Positions 18,780 to 29,804 of a stretch of DNA of 64,000 nt are shown piece by piece. Source of the DNA: a bacterium. Its GTDB lineage: Bacteria > SAR324 > NAC60-12. How positions within the stretch are numbered: position 1 is the first letter of the stretch; every line of letters begins with the position of its first letter. Position numbers and translations under genes: made by a program. Below the pieces are notes generated by a model that was given only the letters and a program-made list of their open reading frames with translations, had not been told where the DNA came from and did no database searches. The stretch lies in assembly GCA_965209155.1 (NCBI GenBank), contig OZ242383.1:4064001-4128000 (forward strand), given 5' to 3'.

Positions 18780-21095
18780 ATGTTCAGCTTCCTGAAGCGG
18801 AGTCCTTCGACTTCGATCAATGAGCGTGTTTTCAGAAGGGCAAAAATTTGGGACGCCATCGCCCGCTATTTCATAGTAGGAGGCGGGATCCTGGTCATAG
18901 TCTGCGTGATCGGGATTTTACTTCTGATCGCCTCCGTATCCCTTCCTCTTTTTTTACCGCCGGGTCAGGAAATCCTGGCCCGGTTTCAACTCAAGCAGCA
19001 TGGATCCACCCGTTTTCTCAGCGCCGCGATGGACGAGTACCTGGAAACGGCTTCCTTCCTCGACGAAAAGGGACTCTGGCATTTTTATGATATGAAAAAA
19101 GGAAGCGTCCTGCTCCAAAAACAAAGTCAGCCCCCTGGCGATACGGCTCTCAAAGTCCACAACGTCGAGTTTTATGGACAAAACCTCTTCACCCTGGTCT
19201 GGGAGGATGGTTCCGCCAGCGTACTTCAAGTTCAATTCCTGCCGCAATTCACGGAAAAAGGCCGGTTCACCATTCATGATTTGCTGGAAGTCGCCTCGTT
19301 TCCGGCAAATGGCAGAGGAACGCCCATCAAGACGCTCGCACGAGCCTCCCTTCCCGACGACGATAATCCACGGCAGAGCCTCGTCCAACTCTTTCCTGGA
19401 AATCGTATTGAAATCACGCAGAAAATCATCGAAGAAGATTTTTTAGGAAACCGGCAAACAGAATCCTTTACTACTTCTTTGCAAACCACGCCTGCCGGCA
19501 ATTTCACTGCTTTTACCATGGATGGCGCAAGCCGGAATCTCTATGCAGCCACTGACCAGGGAGAATTGTGGCACTGGTCTTTGGAGGAACCGGGAGAAGC
19601 GGAGCTTTTGCAAAATTTTACCGCCTCCCGCGATATGCGAAAGATCACGGCTCTCAACTTGGTTTTTGGAGACATATCCCTTGCAGTTGGGGACCAGAAA
19701 GGTCAGGTGACCAGCTGGTTTTTAGTACCGGATCCCCAAAATGAAACTCAAAAGAAGCTCCAACGCGTTCATACCTTGCCTTCTCACGACAGTCCGGTGG
19801 TTCAGTTAATACCTTCGCGCGTGGACAAATCATTGTTGAGTCTCGATGAAAAGGGAATCATTCATTGGGACCATACGACAACGGAACGACAATTGTTACG
19901 ATTCGCAGCGGAAATCCCACCCGATCGTTCCCAAGATTCCTTGACTGAACACCGGATAAAAATTTTCAACACCGCCCCCCGTGGTAACGGATTGCTTGCC
20001 ATGGATGCCCGAAATCAGGTGACTCTTTGGAAAGTGGAAAATCCCCACCCTGAGATCAGTTGGAAAACCCTCTTTGGTAAAGTCTTATACGAAGATTACC
20101 CGGCACCCGATTATGTCTGGCAATCGTCTTCGGCCAGCGATGATTTTGAACCAAAGTTCAGTTTGGTACCTTTGATATTCGGAAGCTTCAAGGGTACTTT
20201 TTACGCAATGTTTCTGGCCATCCCCCTCGCCCTCTTCGGCGCCATTTATACCAGCCAGTTTGCCAACGAATCCTTTCGCCGTTTTATCAAACCCGGGATA
20301 GAAGTGATGGCGGCAATGCCTTCCGTAATCATTGGATTCATGATCGCTTTGTGGTTAGCGCCGATCGTGGAAGATTACGTGCTGGCATTTTTTCTCTCCT
20401 TGCTTTTCATTCCCCTGGCCACGCTTTTATTTGTGGGCGCATGGTTTCTGGTACGCCACCAGATCTGGGCGAAATGGGTCGAGGCGAAAGGATATGAATT
20501 TTTACTGATGATACCCGTAACGATCGTGGCCTGCTTAGCGACGATTCCTTTTCAGGAACTAGCCCAGCAGTTCTTTTTTGCAGGAAATTTCAATCAATGG
20601 CTTTTCGACGCACTGGGAGTTCGTTATGAACAGCGCAACAGCGTGATCATTGCCTTTGGCCTGGGATTCATGGTCATTCCCATAATTTTCACCATATCGG
20701 AAGACGCCTTGACCAACGTCCCCGCCAGTTTGAAATATGCTTCCCTCGCTCTCGGCGCCAGTCGATGGCAAACTGTTTGGCGCATCGTTATTCCTTCTGC
20801 CAGTCCCGGCATCTTTGCCGCGTGCATTATCGGATTCGGACGTGCCGTTGGTGAAACGATGGTGGTCTTGATGGCAACCGGCAATACTCCCATTCTTGAC
20901 TGGAGCATTTTCAATGGAATGCGCACGCTTGCCGCAAACATTGCCGTGGAACTTCCCGAAGCACCGGTGGATGGCACTTTGTATCGTATTCTCTTTTTAT
21001 CCGCAGTGGTTTTGTTTTTGTTGACTTCTGTTTTGAATACGATTGCGGAAATCATCCGGCAACACTTGAGAAAAAAATATGGTCAATTCCAATAA
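18780..21095 (+). CDS. pstC: Phosphate ABC transporter permease with large beta-propeller-like soluble domain
   Basis: WQSS...FEPKFSLVPLIFG, SLALGASRWQT and GRAVGETM motifs. Confidence 0.92.
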   Translation: MFSFLKRSPSTSINERVFRRAKIWDAIARYFIVGGGILVIVCVIGILLLIASVSLPLFLPPGQEILARFQLKQHGSTRFLSAAMDEYLETASFLDEKGLWHFYDMKKGSVLLQKQSQPPGDTALKVHNVEFYGQNLFTLVWEDGSASVLQVQFLPQFTEKGRFTIHDLLEVASFPANGRGTPIKTLARASLPDDDNPRQSLVQLFPGNRIEITQKIIEEDFLGNRQTESFTTSLQTTPAGNFTAFTMDGASRNLYAATDQGELWHWSLEEPGEAELLQNFTASRDMRKITALNLVFGDISLAVGDQKGQVTSWFLVPDPQNETQKKLQRVHTLPSHDSPVVQLIPSRVDKSLLSLDEKGIIHWDHTTTERQLLRFAAEIPPDRSQDSLTEHRIKIFNTAPRGNGLLAMDARNQVTLWKVENPHPEISWKTLFGKVLYEDYPAPDYVWQSSSASDDFEPKFSLVPLIFGSFKGTFYAMFLAIPLALFGAIYTSQFANESFRRFIKPGIEVMAAMPSVIIGFMIALWLAPIVEDYVLAFFLSLLFIPLATLLFVGAWFLVRHQIWAKWVEAKGYEFLLMIPVTIVACLATIPFQELAQQFFFAGNFNQWLFDALGVRYEQRNSVIIAFGLGFMVIPIIFTISEDALTNVPASLKYASLALGASRWQTVWRIVIPSASPGIFAACIIGFGRAVGETMVVLMATGNTPILDWSIFNGMRTLAANIAVELPEAPVDGTLYRILFLSAVVLFLLTSVLNTIAEIIRQHLRKKYGQFQ

Positions 21096-22704
21096 TCGAA
21101 ATCCCGGAGAGAACCGTCCTTACTGGAAAGTCGGGGAACCCCTGGTGTGGGGAACCGGCGTTGCTTTGGGGATTATTATGCTCATTGCCCTGATCCTGAT
21201 TCTGGTGATCATGTACAACGGACTTGGCGTTTTCTGGCCATCGAACGTCACGCTGCTCACATTGAAAGATGAAACCCGGATACTGGGAGAAGAAAAAGCG
21301 GAACAGGCTCATCCCCAAACCGGAAATATGCGGCTGCAATTGAAAGTCGGCAACCGTGATCTCTACAACCTGGACTTCCGTTGGGTGGAAGAAGATGCCA
21401 TTGCGGAAAAGAGTATTCCTCCCGAAGTGATTGTGCTCGAACGCACCGAATATGGCAACTTCTATGGGTATCTGGAGGAAATCTCAACCCCGCAGTTTGA
21501 AAAATCACCAGCCAGCTGGGAGGACCTGGGAACAGTGATCGAAACAATTCGAGAAAGACAGGAGGCTCTCAAGCCAATCAATGAAGAAATATTCAAGTTG
21601 GCAGGGCGCATGGAAAACCTGCGCAACAACGAACTGGAACTGAAATACCAGGATGTTTCGAGAGATTCAGAACCGTACCAATCATTGCTGGAAGATTTCA
21701 CTCGACTGGAGAAAAGATTCGAAGAATTGCTGGTAAAACAGCAGCATGCTCACGAGGAACTCGTGCAATACCAATCAATTTTCAGTGATGCTTCTGCTCA
21801 AACCCGCATGATTCCTGTTGTGAATATCGTGCAGGCATACCGTCCCAATCAAATGTCAACAGCAAGCAAAACCTGGTTTTATCTAAAAAAAGTGGGCGAA
21901 TTGCTTACGGATGAACCGCGGGAAGCCAATACCGAAGGAGGATTGTTTCCAGCCATATTCGGAACAGTGATGATGGTTTTCATCATGAGTTTTTTGTCAT
22001 TTCCATTGGGGGTGGTCACGGCAATTTATTTACGTGAATATGCGAAAGAGGGAATGGCGGTGAGGTTGGTGCGCATTGCGGTGAACAACCTGGCAGGGAT
22101 CCCTTCGATTGTCTATGGTGTCTTCGGACTCGGTTTTTTCGTATATGGTGTAGGCGGTTTGATGGATCGTCTTTTTTTTCCGGAACGCCTCCCCACTCCG
22201 ACGTTTGGCACGGGGGGAATCCTCTGGGCCAGCCTGACCTTAGGGCTCCTGACGGTTCCCGTCGTTATCGTCGCGACGGAAGAAGCCTTGGGTGCGGTTC
22301 CGGCAAGCATCCGTGAAGCTTCCCTCGCTTTGGGTGCAACCAAATTGCAGACACTTCTCCGCATTATTCTTCCAATGTCTTCTCCCGGAATCATGACCGG
22401 TTTTATCCTGGCAATGGCCAGGGCTGCCGGTGAGGTTGCTCCCTTGATGATCACCGGTGTGGTCAAGCTGGCCCCTTCTCTTGCCATTGATGGGAATTTC
22501 CCCTTTGTACACCTGGAACGTAAATTCATGCATTTGGGATTTCACATTTATGACGTGGGATTTCAGTCTCCCAACGTGGAAGCGGCTAAACCGATGGTTT
22601 TTGTGACCACTTTACTGTTGGTGCTCGTTGTTTTGGTCATGAGCAGTGTGGCGATTTATTTAAGAAATCAAATGCAAAAACGTTATACTATTCGTGAATT
22701 TTAA
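21079..22704 (+). CDS. pstA: Phosphate ABC transporter permease
   Basis: [27 protein letters not shown] and ARAAGEVAP motifs. Confidence 0.95.
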   Translation: MVNSNNRNPGENRPYWKVGEPLVWGTGVALGIIMLIALILILVIMYNGLGVFWPSNVTLLTLKDETRILGEEKAEQAHPQTGNMRLQLKVGNRDLYNLDFRWVEEDAIAEKSIPPEVIVLERTEYGNFYGYLEEISTPQFEKSPASWEDLGTVIETIRERQEALKPINEEIFKLAGRMENLRNNELELKYQDVSRDSEPYQSLLEDFTRLEKRFEELLVKQQHAHEELVQYQSIFSDASAQTRMIPVVNIVQAYRPNQMSTASKTWFYLKKVGELLTDEPREANTEGGLFPAIFGTVMMVFIMSFLSFPLGVVTAIYLREYAKEGMAVRLVRIAVNNLAGIPSIVYGVFGLGFFVYGVGGLMDRLFFPERLPTPTFGTGGILWASLTLGLLTVPVVIVATEEALGAVPASIREASLALGATKLQTLLRIILPMSSPGIMTGFILAMARAAGEVAPLMITGVVKLAPSLAIDGNFPFVHLERKFMHLGFHIYDVGFQSPNVEAAKPMVFVTTLLLVLVVLVMSSVAIYLRNQMQKRYTIREF

Positions 22705-22718
22705 TCCAGAGACCTTTT

Positions 22719-23504
22719 ATGGCAAACAATGTCATCAACCAGGAAATTCCCAATCCCATTGTGGTAGTAAATAACCTGAACTTGTTTTATGGTCGAACCC
22801 AGGCGCTTTTTGATATTGCCTTTAAAATTCCGCGAAATCTGGTTACCGCATTGATTGGACCATCCGGATGCGGAAAATCGACATTTTTACGCTGTCTCAA
22901 CCGGATGAATGACCTGGTGGACGGGGTGACGATCGAAGGCAGCCTCAAATTGGACGATGTCGAAATCAACAATCCCACCCTCGATGTGATCCAATTACGA
23001 CGTCGCGTAGGAATGGTTTTTCAAAAATATACCCCATTCCCTAAAACCATTTATGAAAATATCGTCTATGGCCTGCGTATTGCCGGCGTTTCGGACCGTC
23101 AGGTACTTGATGAGACCATGGAACGTAGTCTGAAACGCGCGGCTTTGTGGGACGAAGTGAAGGACCGGCTGCAAGAATCCGCCCTGGGGCTTTCCGGAGG
23201 GCAAATGCAACGATTGTGCATTGCGCGCGCAGTAGCGGTGAATCCGGAAATCATCCTGATGGACGAACCCTGTTCCGCTCTCGACCCGCGCTCCACTGCA
23301 CGTATCGAAGACCTGATCGCCGAGCTTCGAGGAGACTATACCATTGTCATCGTCACCCACAATATGCAACAAGCCGGACGGGTTTCCAACTATACGGCTT
23401 TTTTTTACGAAGGGGTGCTGATTGAATACAATCAGACTGATCAAATCTTCCAGACGCCCCGGGACCCACGAACCGATGATTACATCACCGGACGTTTTGG
23501 ATAA
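22719..23504 (+). CDS. pstB: Phosphate ABC transporter ATP-binding protein
   Basis: [29 protein letters not shown] and YITGRFG motifs. Confidence 0.97.
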   Translation: MANNVINQEIPNPIVVVNNLNLFYGRTQALFDIAFKIPRNLVTALIGPSGCGKSTFLRCLNRMNDLVDGVTIEGSLKLDDVEINNPTLDVIQLRRRVGMVFQKYTPFPKTIYENIVYGLRIAGVSDRQVLDETMERSLKRAALWDEVKDRLQESALGLSGGQMQRLCIARAVAVNPEIILMDEPCSALDPRSTARIEDLIAELRGDYTIVIVTHNMQQAGRVSNYTAFFYEGVLIEYNQTDQIFQTPRDPRTDDYITGRFG

Positions 23505-23520
23505 ACTTCAGGAAAAAACC

Positions 23521-24177
23521 ATGCCCATCCAATTTGACCGAGAAACGAATAAACTGATCCAGATCATCCTGTCATTAAGCGCCATTGTTCAAAATAACCT
23601 GGAGGAAGCGATCAAATCTCTGGAAACCGGGGACCCGAAACTGGCCCGGGAGGTGATTGCAAGCGACCGCCGCGTAGATCAGATGGAGATCGACGTGGAA
23701 GAAGAATGTCTGAAAATCCTCGCTCTCTACCAACCGGTTGCCGGGGACCTGCGCCACGTCGTTTCTTTGTTGAAAAGCAATAACGACTTGGAGCGCATCG
23801 GGGATTTATCGAGAGATATCGCCAAGTCGGTGCTTTCCCTGCGCGACCGCCCGGCAGTTGTTCTGGCATTCGACTGGAAGGGTATGACCGAAAGGGTCCA
23901 GTGGATAGTTAAAAACAGTTTGGATTCGCTGATCAACCTGGACGTGAAACTGGCCTATGAAGTCGGTAAGGCCGAAGAGGAAATCGATGGAATGCATGAA
24001 ACGGCGTGCGCCCGGATTCGGGAAACGCTCGAGCAGGAGTCGAATCACGCGGAAAGTCTGCTCGCCTTGTGGACGATTGCCGCACACCTGGAAAATATAG
24101 CAGACCATGCCAAGAAAATTGCGGAAGGCGTGATTTATAATGTCAGCGGGGAAATTGTCCGTCACAAACAACTGTAA
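23521..24177 (+). CDS. phoU: Phosphate signalling complex protein
   Basis: ALYQPVAGDLR and DLERIGD motifs; follows pstB. Confidence 0.95.
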   Translation: MPIQFDRETNKLIQIILSLSAIVQNNLEEAIKSLETGDPKLAREVIASDRRVDQMEIDVEEECLKILALYQPVAGDLRHVVSLLKSNNDLERIGDLSRDIAKSVLSLRDRPAVVLAFDWKGMTERVQWIVKNSLDSLINLDVKLAYEVGKAEEEIDGMHETACARIRETLEQESNHAESLLALWTIAAHLENIADHAKKIAEGVIYNVSGEIVRHKQL

Positions 24178-24183
24178 AAGATA

Positions 24184-24426
24184 TGAATCAGGAGTTGAAT
24201 TTTTATTTATAAAATCAATAATTGAATATCTATGATGGGTCAGGATGATCCGGAATCCAAAATTTCGCACGGATCCCCCTGGATTCCTGCTCAAGCCAGG
24301 AATGACACGTTTTTTAACTCCTGGTTCATATGATGGGTCAGGATGATCCGGAATCCAAAATTTCGCACGGATCCCCCTGGATTCCTGCTCAAGCCAGGAA
24401 TGACACGTTTTTTAACTCCTGGTTCA
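24184..24426. mobile_element. MITE-like element with an internal perfect 98-bp tandem duplication
   Basis: Identical units at 24231-24328 and 24329-24426; terminal IR TGAATCAGGAGTT / AACTCCTGGTTCA; related copies elsewhere in the window. Confidence 0.75.
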
Positions 24427-24661
24427 CGTGTAAAACATATAAGAGCCTGTTTAAAAAATACATTACTTCCCCTGTCAGGAGAAATCAGATAGGATTGTTA
24501 CCAATTTGGACCTCCTGTAACCACGCTTTACCAAGGAAAGTGAATATTTTTTTCTCTCACAGCAGCACTTTTAAACAGGTTCTAAATTGCCAGACAACCA
24601 GGAAAGCCTGTCTTTGAAGAGATTCCCTTTAACGAGATATCTTCTGCAACGAGCATGAGCT

Positions 24662-25363
24662 ATGTCCAGAGAAAAAATTCTGATTGTCGAAGACGAAGAG
24701 GATATCTGTGAAGTATTGAAATACAACCTCCAGAAAGAAGGATACCGGATCAGTATCGCCAGTTCGGGAGAAGAAACTTTGAAAACAGCCAGAGACTTGC
24801 GGCCACACTTGATTCTATTGGATTTGATGTTGCCGGGGATCGACGGGCTGGAAGTATGCAAGATTTTAAAAAACGATCGCCTTACGAAGTCCATTCCGGT
24901 GATCATCCTCACCGCAAAAAGTGGAGAGTCGGATATTATCAGCGGTTTGGAACTGGGAGCGGATGACTACATTACAAAACCGTTTTCACCTAAAGTCCTG
25001 GTTGCCAGGGTGCGCACGACGCTGAGACGCAAATTACAGAAAACACTCGATACAGCGGAACCCATTCAAATTCAGGAACTTGAAATTCATCCGGGACGAC
25101 GCGAAGTTTTGATTGGCGATGAACCCATAGATTTGACTTATACGGAGTTTCAGATCCTGTATCTGCTCACCTCGCGGCCGGGATGGGTCTACACACGATT
25201 TCAAATTGTCGAGGCCGTACGAGGAGAAGACTACTACGTTACGGATCGTTCCGTGGACGTGCAGATCGCAGGACTGCGCAAAAAACTGGGTGATTATGGT
25301 CGTCTCATCGTCACTGTACGAGGAGTGGGATATCGTTTCCAGGACCAGCCACCCCATCTCTGA
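24662..25363 (+). CDS. phoB: OmpR/PhoB-family response regulator, probably PhoB
   Basis: VEDE, LLDLMLP, GADDYITKPF and TVRGVGY motifs; downstream of pst-phoU. Confidence 0.8.
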   Translation: MSREKILIVEDEEDICEVLKYNLQKEGYRISIASSGEETLKTARDLRPHLILLDLMLPGIDGLEVCKILKNDRLTKSIPVIILTAKSGESDIISGLELGADDYITKPFSPKVLVARVRTTLRRKLQKTLDTAEPIQIQELEIHPGRREVLIGDEPIDLTYTEFQILYLLTSRPGWVYTRFQIVEAVRGEDYYVTDRSVDVQIAGLRKKLGDYGRLIVTVRGVGYRFQDQPPHL

Positions 25364-25431
25364 ATGCCGCCGAACCGATACTCGCCTCGAGATTCTCAGA
25401 ATACACCCTTGTATGCAGTTTTCGAAAAACC

Positions 25432-26754
25432 ATGACCACTGCTGATTACACAAACCACGCATCCGGGATCCAACCTCCCACCGCCACCCGCGTGATGATT
25501 TTTGGCGTGGGGGCGTTTGCTCATGCCATGATGGCCATTTTAAAAGATAAGGGAGCGGAGACCGCTTGCTACCTGACCCGGGACTACGGACACTACGGTC
25601 CTTCTTCGGTGGGAAAAACCTGGTTATTCTCCAAACATCCTTCACCTTTGCCTTTGATCAGGGAATTTTGCCCGGATTATATCATTCCGATGGACATCGA
25701 TTGGCACAACCAGCCTTGGGCGCAAGCGCTTTTGGAAAAACAAGTGCCCATTTTATGTCCTGCAGGTGAAGCGCTTCAGATCGAAGCCACCCGACAATAC
25801 GCGATGCGACTCTGCCGTCGGTTTGACATTCCTTTTCCTGAAGCATACACGGTCAATAATCGCTTGGAAGCCTTGCAATTGATGAAAAAACATCCGCATC
25901 CCTATGTCCTGAAAAACCCGCTTTGTTCCCCTCATAGTCCGATTCATACGATTGTTTGCGAATCGATGGACGATACCCTGGGTTGGTTGGATCATATCGA
26001 CTATGCCGAAGGAGTCTTCATGCAGCAATATATGGGAGCGGCGGAAATCGGTCATTTCGTATTCGTGAGCAATGGCGAGATCACCAGTCTGGTCACGAAC
26101 CAGGAATATAAACGCGCGTTTACGGGCAACATGGGACCGATTGCCGGAGCTCCCCTGGGCGGCATTATAGAACAAGATCCGGCAGACCGCTATGGTCTGG
26201 CAAAATCCCTCATACACCCGTTACTACCATGGCTGAAAGAAAGTCGTTTTCATGGTCCATTGCAGGTAACGGCGATTCAAAAAGACGGACGATGGCACGT
26301 GATCGAATACAACGCTCGCTTGGGAGTCACTTCCGGAGCCATCATCCTGAGGATGCTTGAAAATCCGGCGCAGGTCTTGATTGATGTCGCCCGCAACCGT
26401 CCGCTTCAACTGGAATGGAATACGGAACGACGGTTTGGGGTCAGTCTGACCCTGGCGGGTCATGGTTACCCTTATATCATTCCGACCGCGCCACGATTGC
26501 CAATCACTCAAATTCGGCCAACGACCTGCGATCTCTGGTGGAACGAAGTGGAACAATGGGGCAGTCGACTCTATACGGCTCACCACGAACTTCCCGTCAT
26601 GGGGCATCGTATTGCCGAGTGCAATGCATATTCCAAAAACCTGGATCAAGCGCTTGCTCAAGCTTATGAAAACATCAATTTTCTCCATTGCCTTGGCAGC
26701 TACTACCGTCTGGACGTCGGGAAATCGCTTTGGCCTCCGGGTCAGGGATATTGA
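25432..26754 (+). CDS. Divergent phosphoribosylamine--glycine ligase (PurD)-like ATP-grasp protein
   Basis: QEYKRAFTGNMGP, VIEYNARLG and YYRLDVG resemble PurD; the canonical N-terminal GGREHA is replaced by GAFAHA. Confidence 0.7.
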   Translation: MTTADYTNHASGIQPPTATRVMIFGVGAFAHAMMAILKDKGAETACYLTRDYGHYGPSSVGKTWLFSKHPSPLPLIREFCPDYIIPMDIDWHNQPWAQALLEKQVPILCPAGEALQIEATRQYAMRLCRRFDIPFPEAYTVNNRLEALQLMKKHPHPYVLKNPLCSPHSPIHTIVCESMDDTLGWLDHIDYAEGVFMQQYMGAAEIGHFVFVSNGEITSLVTNQEYKRAFTGNMGPIAGAPLGGIIEQDPADRYGLAKSLIHPLLPWLKESRFHGPLQVTAIQKDGRWHVIEYNARLGVTSGAIILRMLENPAQVLIDVARNRPLQLEWNTERRFGVSLTLAGHGYPYIIPTAPRLPITQIRPTTCDLWWNEVEQWGSRLYTAHHELPVMGHRIAECNAYSKNLDQALAQAYENINFLHCLGSYYRLDVGKSLWPPGQGY

Positions 26755-26930
26755 AGCAGCAATCAGCCAATCCGGAAATTTCTTATTCCACCCTTCCGGG
26801 GCTGATTGCTCAGAATCTTCCATTCTTTATTTGACGAATGGTCCGATTTTCGCTACATATAGTTTAAGAGAGACTCTTCACGAGTGTTGAAGGTTTCTTC
26901 GTCCTCATCTCTTTAAACCAACGAGGTCCT

Positions 26931-27821
26931 ATGCAATCACGTAATATTATTATCGGGGTTTTGGGTGTGTTGTTGGTAGCCGTCGCCATTGGCAGCTTTC
27001 TCTGGAATCGCAACATCACTGAAGAGAACACGCAGAATCAAGAATTACTTGCGGAACAAAACGAGGAAATTCAACAGTTAAATCAGTTGGTCTCCCAGTT
27101 TGAACAAGAAGAGAACACGCAGAATCAAGAATTACTTGCGGAACAAAACGAGGAAATTCAACAGTTAAATCAGTTGGTCTCCCAGTTTGAACAAGTGGAA
27201 GCGGCCATGCAGGAATTGAAAAACTCCGTCAACCTCAAAGACGACACGATTGCTGCCCTGAATGATCAATTGGCGCAACAAACAGGCGTTTCTAATTCCA
27301 ACACGACCTTGCAGGCTCAAATCAAAACCCTGCAAGAGGAATTGGAACGCAGAAAGCAAATCCAGCAAGCCTTGACCCAACAAGCTCAGGAGGAAATCGA
27401 TAAAGGAGAAATACAAGTCAGCCAACGACTCGACAACACGGTGATTCGTTTGGAAGAACAAATCTTATTCGATACGGGAAAAGCGGACTTGAAACCATCC
27501 GGAATCGAAATCCTGAAAATGATTGCGGAAATGATGCAGAGTATCGAATATCACGAATTGCAAGTGGAAGGACATGCCGACAGTCGCCCGATTCGAGGAA
27601 TGCTGAAAAGAAGATTTGCCACCAACTGGGAGCTTTCAGCCGCGCGATCGATCCAAGTGGTTCGCTACCTGGTGGAAAAGCTGGGGGTCGATGCCACCCG
27701 CATTTCGGTAGCGGGATTCGGCCAATTTCGCCCCGTCGCGGAAAACGACACGGTGCAGAATCTTCAACTCAACCGGCGCGTTGAATTTGTTTTCCGTCCC
27801 ATCATAGAAGAATCAAATTGA
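26931..27821 (+). CDS. OmpA/MotB family protein with N-terminal TM and coiled coil
   Basis: ILFDTGKA, VEGHAD, NWELSAAR, GFGQFRP and NRRVE motifs. Confidence 0.9.
   Translation: MQSRNIIIGVLGVLLVAVAIGSFLWNRNITEENTQNQELLAEQNEEIQQLNQLVSQFEQEENTQNQELLAEQNEEIQQLNQLVSQFEQVEAAMQELKNSVNLKDDTIAALNDQLAQQTGVSNSNTTLQAQIKTLQEELERRKQIQQALTQQAQEEIDKGEIQVSQRLDNTVIRLEEQILFDTGKADLKPSGIEILKMIAEMMQSIEYHELQVEGHADSRPIRGMLKRRFATNWELSAARSIQVVRYLVEKLGVDATRISVAGFGQFRPVAENDTVQNLQLNRRVEFVFRPIIEESN
27021..27194 (+). repeat. Perfect in-frame 87-bp tandem duplication (29 aa)
   Basis: 27021-27107 equals 27108-27194; EENTQNQELLAEQNEEIQQLNQLVSQFEQ occurs twice. Confidence 0.95.
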
Positions 27822-27837
27822 AAGGATCCTCCTGTTG

Positions 27838-28860
27838 TTATGCAGAATGATCGAGTGACTTCGTAAATTGAATCAAGGCTTTCAATTTCTCGTGAGCCTT
27901 GCCGTGATCAACAGCATCAGCAGCCTTTTCCAACCCGGAGTGGAGGTCTTCCGCCAGACCTCCGACGACAAGTGCGGCAGCACCATTCAACAGGGCGACG
28001 TCCCTGGCAGTTCCCCCATGTTCACCCGCCAGGATCCCTTCAATGATGCGAGCGCTCTCTTCAGGAGAGTCGATATGAATTTCGTCCAGGTTTCCCCGTT
28101 TCAACCCCAGTTCTTCCGGAGTGACGGTATAGTTACGAATTTCGCCATCCCGAAGTTCGGCGATATGGGTATCGGCGGTGGTGGTCAGTTCACAAAGCCC
28201 ATCGGCACCGGAAACAACCATAACGCGCTCGCTACCAAGCCTTTTGAACACCCGAGCCAATTGCCCGGTCAGTTCCAATCGAGGAACCCCGACCACTTGA
28301 TTCCTGGAACCGGCAGGACTGGTGAGGGGACCGAGCAAATTAAAAATGGTGGGGATGCCCAATTCCAGACGAATGGGAATGGCGAATTTCATGGCAGGAT
28401 GGTGGTTGACGGCATAACAAAAACAAATTCCGATTTCCCGCAAGCATGCTTCCACTCGCTGCACCTGCAGTCCGATATCAACCCCCAACGCCTGTAACGC
28501 TTCCGCGCTTCCACTCTTACGCGTATTGCTGCGATTGCCGTGCTTGGCCACAACCGCTCCTGCCGATGCGGCGATTATTGCGGCACAAGTCGAAATGTTG
28601 AACGTACTGATGCCATTCCCTCCCGTACTGGCCGTATCAACGACCCCTTCAGGCGCTTGAATGCTGAGGGATTTGGCACGCATCGCGGAGGCTGCTCCGG
28701 CAATTTCTTCCGTGGTGGCCCCTTTGGATTGCAGCAACACCAGTAGCGCGCCGGCCTTGACCGCCGTACTCTGGTCACTCATGATCCAATCGATGATGGA
28801 GCGGGCGCCATCAAAACCGATATCGCCACGATTCAATAATTTATTCAGTAAAGATTCCAT
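27838..28860 (-). CDS. trpD: Anthranilate phosphoribosyltransferase
   Basis: DTASTGG, TFNIST, AKHGNRS, SGSA and FNLLGPL motifs. Confidence 0.95.
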   Translation of the reverse strand: MESLLNKLLNRGDIGFDGARSIIDWIMSDQSTAVKAGALLVLLQSKGATTEEIAGAASAMRAKSLSIQAPEGVVDTASTGGNGISTFNISTCAAIIAASAGAVVAKHGNRSNTRKSGSAEALQALGVDIGLQVQRVEACLREIGICFCYAVNHHPAMKFAIPIRLELGIPTIFNLLGPLTSPAGSRNQVVGVPRLELTGQLARVFKRLGSERVMVVSGADGLCELTTTADTHIAELRDGEIRNYTVTPEELGLKRGNLDEIHIDSPEESARIIEGILAGEHGGTARDVALLNGAAALVVGGLAEDLHSGLEKAADAVDHGKAHEKLKALIQFTKSLDHSA

Positions 28861-28886
28861 AGATTCCCCATTTTAAATGGTTTCCC

Positions 28887-29804
28887 CTATCGTCGTTTTC
28901 CCCGTTTTTGAAACAAACGGATGAGGGGGATAAGGTAGGATTGATCCGTTTGCACCCAGAGTTCATCCACTCTTGCTTTGCGGAATACGTTGCGCAAATG
29001 ACTCTCGTGGGCCTCCTTTTTTTCCTGAAAATTGCTGCGAACGGTGGAACTGAAGGTATCGACAGTCAGAACTTGTCCACTTTCCGGATCAATCATTTCC
29101 ATCACTCCCACTGCCGGTAATTCCCGTTCACGTGGGTCAACGACGGGAACCACGATCAAGTCATGACGCTGATTACACAAACGCAAACTTTCTTCAAATT
29201 CCTCAGCTAAAAAATCGGAGATTAAGAAAGTGATTGCTTTGCGTTTTACCATTTTGTTCAAATAATTCAACCCTGCCTTAATATCAGTGCCGCGATGCCC
29301 TGGTTGGAACGTCAGAATTTCGCGGATTACTTTCCATACGTGCACCCGCCCTTTGCGAGGCGGAATGTACAGTTCCACTTGATCGGAAAACATAATCAGG
29401 CCGATTTTATCTTTGTTTTTGATTGCCGAATAGGCAATCACTGCAGCAAATTCAGCTGCTATTTCCTTTTTCAATCGCTGCACTGAGCCAAATCCGCCAC
29501 TGGCGCTGATATCGACAACGAGGATGACTGTGATTTCCCGCTCTTCCACATATTCTTTGATATAAGGCGCATCCATGCGTGCAGTCACGTTCCAGTCGAT
29601 CAGGCGGATGTCATCTCCTGCTTCGTATTCGCGGACCTGGTCGAATTCCATCCCATGTCCTTTGAACGCGCTGTGATAACTCCCCTGCAACAGGTCGTCG
29701 GCCATGCGGTTGGTGCGCAAGTGAATATGACGAATTTGCTTGATGATTTCGGCTGAGAAAATCGATGACTCCATCATTGTTTCTCTATCGAATGCGCCAA
29801 TCAA
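28887..29804 (-). CDS. DUF58 / VWA-like MoxR-associated protein (start may be 29777)
   Basis: GMEFDQVREY..GDDIRLIDWNVTAR, DISAS and ISDF motifs. Confidence 0.92.
   Translation of the reverse strand: MIGAFDRETMMESSIFSAEIIKQIRHIHLRTNRMADDLLQGSYHSAFKGHGMEFDQVREYEAGDDIRLIDWNVTARMDAPYIKEYVEEREITVILVVDISASGGFGSVQRLKKEIAAEFAAVIAYSAIKNKDKIGLIMFSDQVELYIPPRKGRVHVWKVIREILTFQPGHRGTDIKAGLNYLNKMVKRKAITFLISDFLAEEFEESLRLCNQRHDLIVVPVVDPRERELPAVGVMEMIDPESGQVLTVDTFSSTVRSNFQEKKEAHESHLRNVFRKARVDELWVQTDQSYLIPLIRLFQKRGKRR

Noticed and set aside
24231..24426. Tandem repeat as a CRISPR array or as the 95-aa ORF 24330-24617
   Set aside because: The units are identical 98-mers with no unique spacers, and the ORF is simply repeat translation.
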